Position numbers and translations under genes: made by a program. Shown here in pieces: positions 11,451 to 24,067 of a stretch of 64,000 bases of DNA. The DNA is from Tubulanus polymorphus (Eukaryota; Animalia; Nemertea): contig NC_134029.1 of NCBI RefSeq assembly GCF_964204645.1, positions 16,610,950-16,674,949 on the forward strand, given 5' to 3'. Below the pieces are notes generated by a model. That model worked only from the letters and a program-made list of their open reading frames with translations, did not search any database and was not told where the DNA came from. The stretch's first letter is position 1, and every line of letters starts with the position of its first letter.

Positions 11451-12435
11451 AACGTTACTCGCTAGTTCAAGCCGCTGTATAGCGCGTTGCTACGACGACG
11501 CTCGATCAACATACTGGTACTCGCTGTGTAATACTGAACACGTATATACCTGTAGATATTGATCGTACTAGCACCGGTTTTAGATAGTGCGCGCGCTGAT
11601 CGGTCTTAACACTCCTCGGAACTGCTGTGCTAAATGCTGAGAGGCCGAATCTATGCGCAATCATTTATTGGGCTCGTCACATTTGATAGTGAATGGATAA
11701 ATAACCGGTGTCAATGACGGTCGCTACTCCCCATCAGTATAACTCATCAGTATAAGAAATAATTCTCTCGAGTTTTTTTTTCAATCCCCGAAGTTGTTGT
11801 TACTATGTTGACCTCGCGGTTTTATAAGCTTACCGATGATTCTTCTAGTATTTTCAGGGTCACAAGACATGATGAAGTCGCAACGTTTTGTACAAATTTC
11901 ACGAAACAAACAATTATTTAGGCGGCACCTGATCTATTGATTAATTATGATAAATAATGTTTATTTCATTAAAAATTTGTTTTATTCAAACACTACTTTC
12001 ATCGCACATAGCGTGATCGGTAGGCCCTACTATTCTACGGTAGGCCATGGACTCTTTCATGTGGTAGGCCTATTACAAATGATACAATCCGCGTGTCCGT
12101 GAATAAGTGACACGTGGTGGGGCGGGTTGTGAGGAGCATCGAAACTAATCCGTCACAAATAATAGATAGAAAACAATACCTTAAGAGGTTAACTTTTATT
12201 AACATCATTACCAAATCAAAACCTGCACATCCTATCATAAATAGAAATTCTAAGAATTTATTTCAAAGAATAATAAATTACGTCTAAATATTGGGATTCG
12301 AACTCGTAGCATCGATTCAGGTGCCTTTCCCAAAGCGGGTATCCCGCGGGGAAAACCCATTACTATTTATATCGAGAATCGCCTTTTTGACAGCGAGTTC
12401 GGTGAATGAAACAGAAACAATTACACAGAAACCCA

Positions 12436-12950
12436 TCATGGAAAGTTTCTTTCTGGTTTATATTTACTGTCATGTCTTTTGATATTATGCATAGTTGGCC
12501 ATTTAGGTTTTGATTGCGATTCACTAGTCGGAAGACGCGTTCGTAGATTTATACCAAATAGCATTTGAGCTGGACTGTAGCCTGTGGCTTTTATCGGCGT
12601 AGAGCGATATGATAACAATGCCATGTGTGGATCATCTTGTTTTAAGATGTGCTAAGCAGTCCGCACTGCCCTTTCGTCAGCTCCGTTAGACTGTGGATAT
12701 CGCGGGCTAGACGTATCATGAAAGAAATTCCACGATTTAGCAAATGTGTCGAATTCGCTGTTAATGAATTGACTACCGCCATCTGTAAATACTTCTCCGG
12801 GGATTCCATGCCTAGAAAACACCTACTTGAACTTTTCAATGTCAGCAGCAGATGTTGGTTCACCCTTCCCCATATACAAGATTTCAATATAGTGTGAAAA
12901 ACGGTCTACAAGTATCAGATAGCGAGTTTGTTTATACTGACATAGAATGC
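12436..12950 (-). mobile_element. Ty3/Gypsy integrase core remnant (frameshifted)
   Basis: ALLSYRSTPIKATGYSPAQMLFGINLRTRLP, plus upstream RHGIPGEVFTDGG in another frame. Confidence 0.85.
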
Positions 12951-13783
12951 AAACAAATTACATATTGATATAATCTTCAAGTACCATATGAATATCTTAC
13001 AGGAATGAGAATTCCCCGCGGATTTCGGTATTGAAAAATATCAATTTTCCAAATAGTCCAAAAATGATGTAAAAGTATAGGGGGGGGGGGGTGGGATGAT
13101 CTCACTCCATTGGTCCGGCGCGATCGGTAATCAGGTGAACCGTAAAAGCGTTCAGTGCCTGTTTTACTTATCGTTTTATCGCATTTCAATGCATCTTCAT
13201 TGCAACACTGATTTATTATCTACTACGGTGAATGTGTATGTATTTTATCGATCGGTTGCAGACACGCGCGCGCGGCCACAGTAGTAACGTATATAGGCCT
13301 ACTTACTGTTGCCGTGTGTGTGTGGTGAACGCCTTCAGATATTTTACACTATTGGGTGATGATTTTTAGTGAGCATTCATCGGCGCATTTTAACCGCAAT
13401 AATTCAGGGCTCGACCCATAATGCATGAGACGCTGAATGTCATCGAATGAGGATGTGCCACATTGGAACTAGCCATTACCTTCCAAAATATAATATTGTT
13501 CATGGGTTCAAGATCGCTCTTAGTGCTCGGAAAATGCTTTCAAATTTCTAAAATTTTCTTGGGGAAGGACCCCCAAACCCCCCCCCCCCTTCGGCGCTCG
13601 CGGGCACTGACGGCTACCGTCACTAGAAAAAAACCGCGGATTTTATAGGTCGGCGTTCTCATCTCTGATCTTAAAAACATCAGTTTTGAAAGTGATTGGA
13701 TTTATTTAGGTGTATTGAATTTTGTAGAAAAATGTTGCGTTCATTTGTATGTTAACTAGCGTCTAAAACATTTTCTTTTTCAG

Positions 13784-13811
13784 TGGAATGCTGTGGCTTT
13801 GTGGGCATGGG
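13784..13811 (+). CDS. RBX1: RBX1 exon 2
   Basis: WNAVALWAW(D); TTTTCAG acceptor and GTAAGT donor. Confidence 0.95.
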
Positions 13812-14047
13812 GTAAGTGTAACTGAACAGGGATACATTTGTTTCAGATCAATGATAACTTAACTTCTACATTGGCTTTTCCGCTGCCCGTGCTCTCGATT
13901 AACTGTTTCGGGGGGTTAATCTGAAGAACACACTTGTCATTAATTAATATTCAAATTGGTTCCCCAAACCTCTATCTCTAAACCTAACCTCAGCCTGTGC
14001 CAGGAATAAAGGAATACGAGGTCACAGGAAATCACAGTCGTCGGTCT

Positions 14048-14120
14048 GCCCAGGTAGCTCAACTGGTAGAGCAGTCGTCTGGCAAACGAAAGGTCCGTGG
14101 TTCGAGTCCCGGCCTAGGTG
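14048..14120 (+). pseudogene. tRNA-derived segment (Ala-GGC-like anticodon loop) within a repeat; SINE-head-like
   Basis: A-box TAGCTCAACTGG, B-box GGTTCGAGTCC and D-arm intact. Mismatches in the acceptor, anticodon and T stems. Confidence 0.7.
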
Positions 14121-14589
14121 GTGGACTGTGCTTTTCCCGATACCCCTAACTCTAATGCCTTCCAACAGGTGGGAGTTAGCCTGCTTTCCCGCTGCCTGTG
14201 CTCTAGTGGGGAACTGAATAGAAATTAATTAATAAATCTCGATTAACTGTTTCGGGTGAAACTGGCTGCGATGGTCAAGCTTTGATTTGTATTTCATGGT
14301 TTGTGAAAAACGTTTTTCTCTTTTATCTTTTCCATCCCTGTCTCTTCATATCTGCTTAATGGGGGTTCTCACCTTTGGTAAACACTAAATCCAACTGCTA
14401 AGCAATCATCAAAGAACATGATTCTCTTCAGGGGTATCTTTGGTTGGGGTCATTTTAAAAATGCCAGAAAAAATTAAAAGAAACTTGCCACAATTTTCTT
14501 TCGCCATTCTTCTTACTATTGTCAAATGACACATTTTGCGCCAGTAGTGTTAGTAATATGATTTAATATTCATATTGTTCTCATTTTAG

Positions 14590-14640
14590 ACATCGTCGTA
14601 GACAACTGTGCCATCTGTCGAAATCATATTATGGATCATT
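14590..14640 (+). CDS. RBX1: RBX1 exon 3
   Basis: DIVVDNCAICRNHIMDH(C); AG/GT boundaries in phase. Confidence 0.95.
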
Positions 14641-15557
14641 GTAAGTACAGTATCACGATTACAACATCCTTTAAGAGCCAGTCATTAATTATTACGTATA
14701 CAGATGAAAGGTTTAAGATACAGGCTGCAGGCATTTCTTAGCACAGGCTAAATGTCCCGATTTTTAGCGGCAGCTCCGCTGCCTGCAGGGGCTGTATACT
14801 GCAATGGCTTTCCACTAAAATTAAAATGCTATCAGCGAAATTTCGCTAAGCTGCTTTTAAAACAGCTGAGAGAAATTTGATTTCAAACACGCATTATCAT
14901 CTTTAACTAGCGTTCTTTTAAATCTTCCGACAAAAGTGTTGCCCCAAGTCGTTAAGTTTGATGAATGAGCCCCGTTTATGCAGTTCTCAAAATTAGCAAA
15001 AATTGCAGTCTTCTCACTGCGAGTGGTTTTTATCCTGTAACATGGTGGTTTTTATCCTGTAACATGTACCTGTCAAAAGTGTAAATGTGAATGTAATACC
15101 CGTCGACGCACCTGTGATCAAAGAACGCGCATCTAACTGGCATATCTGAAGCGAATATTGGTTGGCTAGGCCCGACCATGATTATTGAAGGTAAAATTGC
15201 CAGGTTCCACATGTGAAAGTGAAAAAGAATCGTCAATAGATGAAATATTGGGGTGGCCTATTTTCTCCGCGTGTGAACCTCTGTGAAGTGTGTTAGAGAA
15301 AGCCTCCGCCACCAAGCGCACCCGGGCTAAATATTTTTTTAATGCACGCTGATTGGCTAAATGAACAACTATGTTGAAATCTAAAAAGGGGCAATGAATC
15401 TTGATAATTGTTTAATTTATGATAATAAATCATCTAACAAACTTCATTTCAATTTCATACACAGTGTATGTAATAGATGAAATCGTTCAGCATCCTGGTG
15501 TTGTACGTTGTACGGAAGATGTCTATTTGAATCATTGGGGAAATCCCGCTACCACGT

Positions 15558-15890
15558 ATATTAATCTTAATCTTGATTATGATACTGCGTCCACCGCGTA
15601 TTGGTGATGCAGGGAGTGGGTGCTTATCGTAATTGTTCACTGGTGCAACGGGTGTGGCGCAGGTAAGGTCCATCTCGTCCTTAGTACTCCGATTCCACTG
15701 GGTGACAGTTCTAGGAAAGAATGAAAATTTGAATTCGTCGGTATTCGTACTGAATGCTCTGAATTTGGTACTGTTTGTAGATCTTGTAGGCGTGTTTCCT
15801 GGTTTGAGGTTCTCCTCTACTGGTACAGCAACTGTTCTGGAAACGATCTCAGTTTTAGATTCCTTCGTCGGGATTCTAGGGATGATGTGT
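15558..15890 (-). mobile_element. CR1-type LINE 3' end fragment
   Basis: Minus-strand translation ends ...TDEFKFSFFPRTVTQWN (CR1 ORF2 C-terminal motif), then a short UTR and a (C/T)AAGAT repeat tail. Confidence 0.8.
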
Positions 15891-16592
15891 GATTATTACA
15901 TGTAATCATAGAACTCATGAGTTCTATGATGTAATGTGTGTTTGTTTGGTTCAAGTGGAGACAGGCTTTTTAACTACTTGAAGCACGGATACCCTTCTGA
16001 AATTCCGCCAAAACACCACGTTGAAAAAAGAAGTGTTTTCATCATTCAAGTTTCTGCAAAAAAAGTCTTGGAAATGATTTAAAAGCCTGTTCATCGAAGC
16101 CCAGGTCTTTGAGGTCTTATATAATTTTTGAAGCTGTCGCGTCAAGCCCCATAGGGCTCTTGTTTACGTATGGATATTATCTGGGTGTATTGTTTGACTT
16201 GTTTACACAAGATTATTATGTCCCTGTTGGGAGACACAAATACAATAGTCTTACCGATTATGGAGTACGAATTGGACACAGAAATTTAAAGGCAATAACG
16301 TTGCTGAAAAACGGGACCAATTTATCTATACAGAATAAGCACTTATACGGTTTAACCGGAGATGGATTGACCGATGTTGACTTTACCCGGTTTCTCTGCA
16401 GCAGCCGGGATACTTTAATGCAATAGAATTCGTTATCAGTTCATTTGTATAGCCTCTGCGTCTGTTATGGTAAAATTGATCACGATACGGTATCAATAAA
16501 TGAAGGGCTTCGTTACCTCAGTATTTTTCCCTTGAAGATACGTCTAGCGTTGCCACATTCTAGTTATATTATATACCCACCATATTTTTTAG

Positions 16593-16663
16593 GTATTGAA
16601 TGTCAGGCAAATCAAGCATCAGCAACAAGTGAAGAGTGTACAGTGGCATGGGGGGTTTGTAAT
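16593..16663 (+). CDS. RBX1: RBX1 exon 4
   Basis: [24 protein letters not shown]; AG/GT boundaries. Confidence 0.97.
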
Positions 16664-16696
16664 GTAAGATTTACAACATTGCTGAACGGTTCTTAA

Positions 16697-16879
<183 letters not shown>

Positions 16880-16916
16880 TAAAAAATTATGTTTGATGAT
16901 TTTTTTTTTCTCGTAG

Positions 16917-16929
16917 ATATGGGCATTAA
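16917..16929 (+). CDS. RBX1: RBX1 exon 6 (KYGH*); spliced CDS 333 nt, 110 aa
   Basis: Poly-T acceptor TCGTAG, then A TAT GGG CAT TAA. Confidence 0.92.
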
Positions 16930-17029
16930 ATATGTACTCCATTGGGCTGCGTTACGTGTACTCGGAGATCTTGTGTTTTTTTCACGTCTGTATATTGTTC
17001 TAACGATTTGTAAAATACCTGTAGTTCAA

Positions 17030-17035
17030 AATAAA
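17030..17035 (+). terminator. RBX1 polyadenylation signal
   Basis: AATAAA 100 bp after the stop codon. Confidence 0.65.
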
Positions 17036-17191
17036 CACGATTAACAGTAGTCATGTAGTCTTATTTCTAATAGTAATATCCATATTTTGTATGGACTCGC
17101 CAATAATTTTTGACTGCCCCACCAAAGAAAAAAGGGGACATTATACAGCTGACTCGAATTCATTGGGACTAGAAAAAAATCAACGAGTTAA

Positions 17192-17354
17192 CCCTTTCAG
17201 TGCTGGCTTAATTGATACCCTATAATGCGGGAGATAATTTGAAAATTTTGAATAATTCCACCCTAGCAAACAGGAATACCACTATAGCGCGTCTACACCG
17301 CAGTGCGGTGTACTAGCAAAATCCATCACTGATTTATACACAGCATTGAAAGGG
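17192..17354. mobile_element. piggyBac-type MITE
   Basis: TTAA|CCCTTTCAGTGCTG ... CAGCATTGAAAGGG|TTAA. Confidence 0.85.
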
Positions 17355-17359
17355 TTAAG

Positions 17360-17672
17360 CATCCTCCTGGCACTCGAACCTGATGGTATCGAGACACAGT
17401 ACAAAACCCTGCCACACTAGACCAAATGCGCAGCATTAGCCAATCAGAAAATCCTGTTTTATTTTAGTCATTATTTTTCCCGTTTATAGTTCTTCTGTGA
17501 AAATTTGCCTCAGCGATATATATATATACCGTATACAACAAACAATCTGATTGGTGCCGCAAGTTCTCAAGCGGCAAAGCTGCACATGTACCTGCGCACC
17601 CGGTCTAGTGTGCTTCTTGCTGTGGCTGAGTAAGCGATGCCATCAGGTACGATACACTACTGAGGGAGGATG
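17360..17672. mobile_element. MITE with 9-bp TSD (Mutator-like)
   Basis: CATCCTCC..GGAGGATG ends. TSD CGAGTTAAG at 17673-17681; the left copy is split by the piggyBac MITE. Confidence 0.65.
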
Positions 17673-18067
17673 CGAGTTAAGCAGAATTCGAGTTGGGGAT
17701 TTAGACACTAAATTGGTCAAACATTAATGAGAAATTAACCAATTATGTACCGATCCTAAATGATTGACTGTTTAATTAGATGCTAAACTGAAAATAAATT
17801 CTGTAAAAATAATTCTTGTTTTCCCTTGTACCTCCAAAAATTTTATTCGGTGCGAAGAAAAATGAACGATCATGAACTGCTGCTTTGAATCGTATTACCG
17901 TGGTGAACTTTTTTTGGTGCAAAAAAGTTGACTACAAACGCAACCACGTATGTTGACGTTCAATAGAAAACCAGAGGAGACAGAAAAAAATTTACTGAGT
18001 TGAACGGATTTTTGAGTTTGTAGGATTCAAGTTAAGGAGGATGCACAGTGAAAGTCATTTTCAACCA

Positions 18068-19133
18068 TTTTTAGCCCACTTGGGACTTCAGTCCCAGCAG
18101 GTTATTGTCTTCACTTTTTGTCCGCCCGTCCATGGACGGAATCCAGTTATTTTGGGAAGTTATGAAGACGCTTCAAGGTAATGTCTTGATATTTGGTTTA
18201 TACATACCCTAGACACATCTTCAGCCCAAAAACTGGCCTGGTCAGATTCAAGATGGGCGACTGGCAGCCATTGTTGTTCGCCAAAATCAGCACTTTTTAC
18301 ACATTTTCGAGGGAAATCTTGAAGACGCTTTTATCAATTACCCTGATCGTTCATGTATATTTGTGTCCCCCAATGGCCCATCTGCATGAGAAAAATTGGG
18401 TCGATCGGACTCCAGATGGCCGCTCGGTGACCTTTTTTGTGCCCAAAAATGTGTCAATTTTGGCCTGAATTCTGAATCCTGTAGCTTCCTACTGGTTTGC
18501 CATCTCTCATTGCAATTTGTGATGGGTTTTCTTTGAAAAGGGATCTTTCACACCCGAGATATGTATTTTTGATCAGGCAATTATGACGCTAATGGTGGCC
18601 ATCATGGTGTCATCAGTACTCATTCGTAGGTGGAAAAAAATTTTTCCACATTATATTGATACCTAAGCATATTTTGTTACCACAATCAATTGGAAAGTTG
18701 TAGCTCATGACATGACCTATGGTGGTGGTGAGTTTCAAGGTCATTGGGTTTTATATATGGCCACCAGGGGGCATTGAACAATGCAATGACTTAGTATTTC
18801 TATATTATATTCGTACCTATGCATATTTTGTTACCACTATTGATCAAAAAGTTGTAGCCCATGACATGGTCTATGATTGTGGTGAGTTTCAAGGTCATTA
18901 GTTATTTTATATTATCACCAGGGGGCGTTGAATAGTAGAATAACAAAGTATTTCCTTATTATATTGGTACGCAGGCATATTTTGTTACCATGATCAATTG
19001 CAAAGTTGTGGATCATGACATGTTCTATGATTATGATGAGTTTCAAGGTCTTTGGGCATTGCATATGGTCACCTGGGGGCGTTGAATAGTAAAATAACTT
19101 AGTATTTCCATATTATATTGGTAACTAGGCATA
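18068..19133 (+). mobile_element. Helentron-type family A copy with 154-bp units, interrupted at 19134
   Basis: Starts TTTTTAGCCCACTTGGGACTTCAGTCCCAG. Reverse-complement homolog of 4683-6139. Host sequence resumes at 20511. Confidence 0.8.
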
Positions 19134-20508
19134 CAGTCAACCTCAGTTAATCCGTATCACTAGGGACTGAGCTTTTTAGTACGGATGAAGTTATATAAGG
19201 ATAACAGATAATTCGTAATTGATAAGAATTAACTATTAGTAATTGCCCGTATAAACTATGATGTAAGTGCACAATCGGTATATATATAGCTGGTTTAGTT
19301 ATTCCCAAACCGTGGACGACTACTACTGTAACAGTAGAACCACGTTCTAACGATCCGTTGGGGGAGGATAAAAAGTTCATAGTATCCATTTGATATCATT
19401 TATACATGAAAAGAAAAAAACCCCTGGTGTGATGAAACACAAACCAACTGGTTTCAGTAGAGTAGGACTATTTGAAGCCATCGTGTGTCTAGTACAGATA
19501 ACCCACAGGCCATGTACTTGAGGGTAATTCATCAAAGGACTTTTGCTGATTGACAGATAATATACTGAATATTTAGTGAAGCTTGAGACTATGACATTGA
19601 TGATGGATTAACTTCAGTGTTTCATAGAGTTTCTTATATTTCCTACTGACCACATTAACCTCATTAGGCCACACCAAAAAAAAATCCTGTTTCTCGGGCG
19701 GGGCAATCACTAAAATGGGTAGGTAGGACATTTTTTTTTCTTTTTATAGAAAAAAATATCGTTTATTGTTCTATCAGTGGGTAGGTTGCCGTAAATAATT
19801 TTTACTGGACTAAATTTTTATTCAGGAATATGATTAACATAACAGCTAGTAGACCACAAAATAACTATAAAAAAACTATATTTTGAACATATTTCACGGA
19901 ATTCCTGGAATTTTACAATCCAAGGTTGCCATCAAAGTCCGATTAGCTAAGTTGTCTGAGCATGGCTGTGCCATTTCCAGAATCAAATTTTGAATTCGAT
20001 ATGATAAAATGTTTTTATGATGTTGATCTCAGTGCCGATGTCACGATTTGATAAAAAAAAATATTTATGAGAAGGAGAGTTTGGTAGTCGGTCGGCCACA
20101 AATATACTTTTGAAAAAAGTTATTTCACCCAAAATTTTGAAAAAGGGTCGGTAGGCAGTTATATTTTATTCTGAAAATGATTATTTGAAATGGGGAAATA
20201 GCGGGTCGGTCGGGCCCGTGAAGCAAGGTTTTCTTTTGGTGTGGCCTTAGATTACAGATGTTTTTATACTTTTTTCACTTCAAGTGTATGTTCCCAACAG
20301 TTGATACAGCCGATACGGATTACACATAAGGATTTACATATAAATTGGACAACGGGACCATGCATTTGTCTACAGAATAAGTTAAAATACGGATTATGGA
20401 GTACGAATTAGATACAGAATTTTAAAGGGAATAACGTTGGGACCAATTTATTTATATGGAATAAACACTTATAGGGTTTAACCGGAGACAGATTAACCAA
20501 GTTGACTG
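19134..20508. mobile_element. Tc1/mariner-pogo (Tigger-like) non-autonomous element
   Basis: TA|CAGTCAAC.T..GTTAATC ... GATTAACCAAGTTGACTG|TA. A related right-end fragment lies at ~16200-16385. Confidence 0.8.
19667..20246. mobile_element. PIF/Harbinger-like MITE nested in the pogo element
   Basis: TTA|GGCCACACCAAAA ... TTTTGGTGTGGCC|TTA. Confidence 0.8.
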
Positions 20509-21799
20509 TATTTTGTTACCGATACCATCATCTATTACAAAATTGTTTGCCTATTTACAGAAATTCAATTTTGCAAATCAACCTATTAGGGTACAAATTT
20601 TGAAGTTTCCTCCACAGTACGGGACAATTTTGATAATTTTTGCTTGAAATAATCTACTTGCAATTAATATTATTCGATTCTGATGCCTTCAATTTTCAAC
20701 ACATTCTATTCAGTAACACTTGATGCCCTTTCAGACTGCCTTTTTCAGAAAGTACTCAATGCGTACAATTGAATATTTGAGACAACATTCGGGACATTGA
20801 GGATACACTTGTTTGAGGCACACCCTCAAAAATATTGCCAGAAAAACATTTGAAAAGTTTTCAAAATAATTTCGAATTTTGCTTGCCTTCAAGTATTGGG
20901 ATTTACCTATTTTGGACAAGATTCCAAGTTTGTTATGACTGAATCACTCTACTATGTTATTTGGGATGAAATTTCAAGTTGGTTATTTCCAATAAATCGT
21001 TTAGTTTATTAAGATTAGGTTGCACTATAGGGGCCTACCAGAAAAAATTTTGGCATTGGAACCTAACTTCCCTTTTCCGAAGTCTGGTATGCAAATAACT
21101 GACTCAAGTGTCTGTGGGCTGCATTGATGGAATTCTGGTACTACCAGATGGCACAAAGCACTGGGTCATTCATAGTGAAAATCATAATTCATAAAGAATG
21201 TCAAAACCGGCGACTAAAATCTCTGATAGGGGGCCTATCTGGCATATTGTTTGGCCAAACATAAGATGATATGGTACCGATTATGTAGCACTGTTCGCCC
21301 GCTTTGTCTTGAGTACATTCCTTTAAGAAAACGATTAAAATTTTTTTGGGTAGCCGAGCAGGGGGTCAGGACCCCTGAAAACCCCCTCCCCTCTGGATCC
21401 GCACCTGAAAAGGAAATTGAATGTGGTAACCCAAATACCACTAGTGATTCATCTCTGAATCCTCATTTCCCTCAGTAGCATCCCATTGCACAGACCCATC
21501 ACCATCACCTTGATAGCTATAGTTCGAAGATACATCAGCTGCTGCCTTCAGTGTCCTCATGATTCAATGAACCGAAATGTTAAACCTATGAGCAATTATA
21601 TCAAGACAGGCCAACATAAATGCACAGGCCCATGCCAAGCTTTGTTGAGGGGCAGTTCTATTTCAAGAAAAATTGCACTTTTTCACAGTTAAAAGGGCGA
21701 CAATCTTATTGAAAAAGGGCAGATCTTAAATATGAAGTGTTGGGTACCTAAATAAATCATTTTCATGTTTTTTTTTTTTTTAAATGAAAAGCAATCTAA

Positions 21800-22020
21800 G
21801 GCTAAACAAAAATGATACCTTGTTTCTCCGCAGCGGCTGGGTCATTTTTGTAAAATATGATAAAATTTATAAACAGTTCATTTCTATAGCGGCCGGGTCT
21901 GTTATGGTGAAATTGATCACGATTTTAAAAAAAGTAATGTATAGGGTAGATAGGCGGCCGGCCGGGTCAACATTTAAGCTCAGCAGAGCGGAGAAACAAG
22001 GTATCAATTTTTTTTTGGCC
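21800..22020. mobile_element. PIF/Harbinger-like MITE
   Basis: TAA TSD; TIR includes TGATACCTTGTTTCTCCGC / GCGGAGAAACAAGGTATCA. Confidence 0.8.
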
Positions 22021-22383
22021 TAAACATGAAAATTGTATCCAAATTTTTAAGAATTGACTCGACACTGATTTTTTTAAGCGCACTTGGGGAATTTTTAGGG
22101 CGTACGTTCACTACCACCGAAACCCCTCAGCACAGGCGAAATATTAGCTGATGAATAGATATTCTAGTTCCCTGTAGTTCATTGGATCTGTATAATCAAC
22201 AATTTGTAAAAACAGAAATTTAGAAATATAAGACGTGTTTTCAGTATACTAAAAAATTATCTTTATTGAGCAGAAGAAAGGCTTGACTGCAAAGCAGAGT
22301 TCATCAATAGATAATACAAAAGATTGATAAGCAGGAGTACCAGCTCCAGAAATAATTAAATAACTTTCCTACATATATCTACA

Positions 22384-22687
22384 CAGAGATGCTAGGGCCA
22401 AAATTCCGGAATTTAGAACGGGGGTCTGAAAAATTCTCCCCCAGAAAAAATTTTGCGTTTTTGCATCGCCGGAGATGCAGTATCACGATCGGCATCTTTC
22501 ATCTGAAAATACTACGGCAGGCATTCGTTGTGCTTCACATCCCTCGCAGCCTTCTTATGCCGCGTGCTATCCGGGTGACGAAGAATATCTTTTTTTCCCG
22601 CCACTACCGTATTTGACCTGGTCTTATTGACATCGGCGATCCTAAATTTCCGGAATTCCGGATATTTCCGGAAAACTAGCATCTCTG
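22384..22687. mobile_element. CA..TG MITE with 6-bp TSD
   Basis: TIR CAGAGATGCTAG / CTAGCATCTCTG. TCTACA duplicated at 22378-22383 and 22688-22693. Confidence 0.8.
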
Positions 22688-23095
22688 TCTACATGTATTG
22701 TCATGTAAACAATAGGCCTATACCAGGTACATGTAGAAATATGATAAAAACGTACCAACGTACACATTTTAAAATTTTACCTGACAATCATCTCTTGTGA
22801 GAGTTCAAAGCGTTATGTACTCAAATTTTTAATATTTTGAATAATATATCTTGCTTTTAAATTAGTACGCAGTGGGTTTTTATCATATGCATGCGATCTA
22901 TTCTCTGCATCTGAGTATGGCTATTCTACTTCTATCTACAAATGTATCTAAGTTAATAGCATACCATAGGTTATAAGAATGAATTACCGGTAATGAAGAG
23001 TTAGACTAAGGCAATAATAATAACAGGAAAATCTATAACCGGTAAGTAAAAATGAAGCCAGCTCCAGAGATTTTCTAGTCTAACACCATGATTAA

Positions 23096-23897
23096 AGGTC
23101 AAGTGCCCTCTAATTCCTACTTTTTGAGATATACCTTCCAAATGATACATCAGTATATAAATAACGACCTGGGATCAGCCTTATAAAAAAAAAAATCACT
23201 TATTTGTTTTAAAATCAGTAAAATTAATTCACTGGATCATTGACCTATATAGCATATGCAGCTGCATGTCAGCGTCGCAATCATGAGTCATATTAGCCAA
23301 ACAAACATACGAGTGTGTGAACTCAGTACTATATAGCCTATATATAAAATCTATAAAACAACATCATTCCTTCATTAGTTCACTCTACTGCCGGCTATCC
23401 ATTGTATGTTTATTGTGTTATGTATAACTGTACACCAGAAAGAATTTAGGAACAACTTCTAAAAGGATTAAATACGAATGGTGATTACACGGTGCAGGAT
23501 TACTGACTGGAAACTGTTGGATTATTTCAGATGCACAGTGCTTATTTCACCATGGATTGTTATAAAATCCATCTAATAAAGCTAAGCTCATTGTTTTAAA
23601 TCAGATCTATTAGTTTGCCATAGCTTTGCTATTCATAAAGCGCACCAAAAGTTTCTTATTCTTCAGTGGTACAACGTGCGTGGAAATGTGTGTTTGACTA
23701 CAATGCAAATGTGGGTTTTTCACAGTAAATGCGCACATACTGTGTACGGGAAGCTGGCGAAAATGGCCGACTTTATAGTCTTATTTCTCAGTAATGGCTT
23801 TACCAAAATCAAAATTAGTGACACACTTATCATTTATACACTAATCACATTTAAAAATAGATTTTACTCAATATTCTATTTAGAGGGCACTTGACCT
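23096..23897. mobile_element. Kolobok-type non-autonomous element
   Basis: TTAA|AGGTCAAGTGCCCTCTAA ... TTAGAGGGCACTTGACCT|TTAA. Confidence 0.85.
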
Positions 23898-23935
23898 TTA
23901 AAAGTCAGCATTCTAAACTAATGAATTTAAATGCG

Positions 23936-24049
23936 CAGGATCCAGTTCCACAGTTGTGAGTTAGAGTTAACTCGGAGTTAAAGTTTGTTCATTTTCGATG
24001 AGTTAACTCGAAGTTAAATCTTAACTCAGAACTGTGGAACTGGACCCTG
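23936..24049. mobile_element. Small palindromic Harbinger-like MITE in the CEP78 3' UTR
   Basis: CAGG.TCCAGTTCCACAGTT.TGAGTTA arms. Confidence 0.75.
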
Positions 24050-24067
24050 TATAATGAAATTAATTGC

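Noticed and set aside
14048-14120. Functional tRNA-Ala gene
   Set aside because: Mismatches in three stems, atypical anticodon and repeat context.
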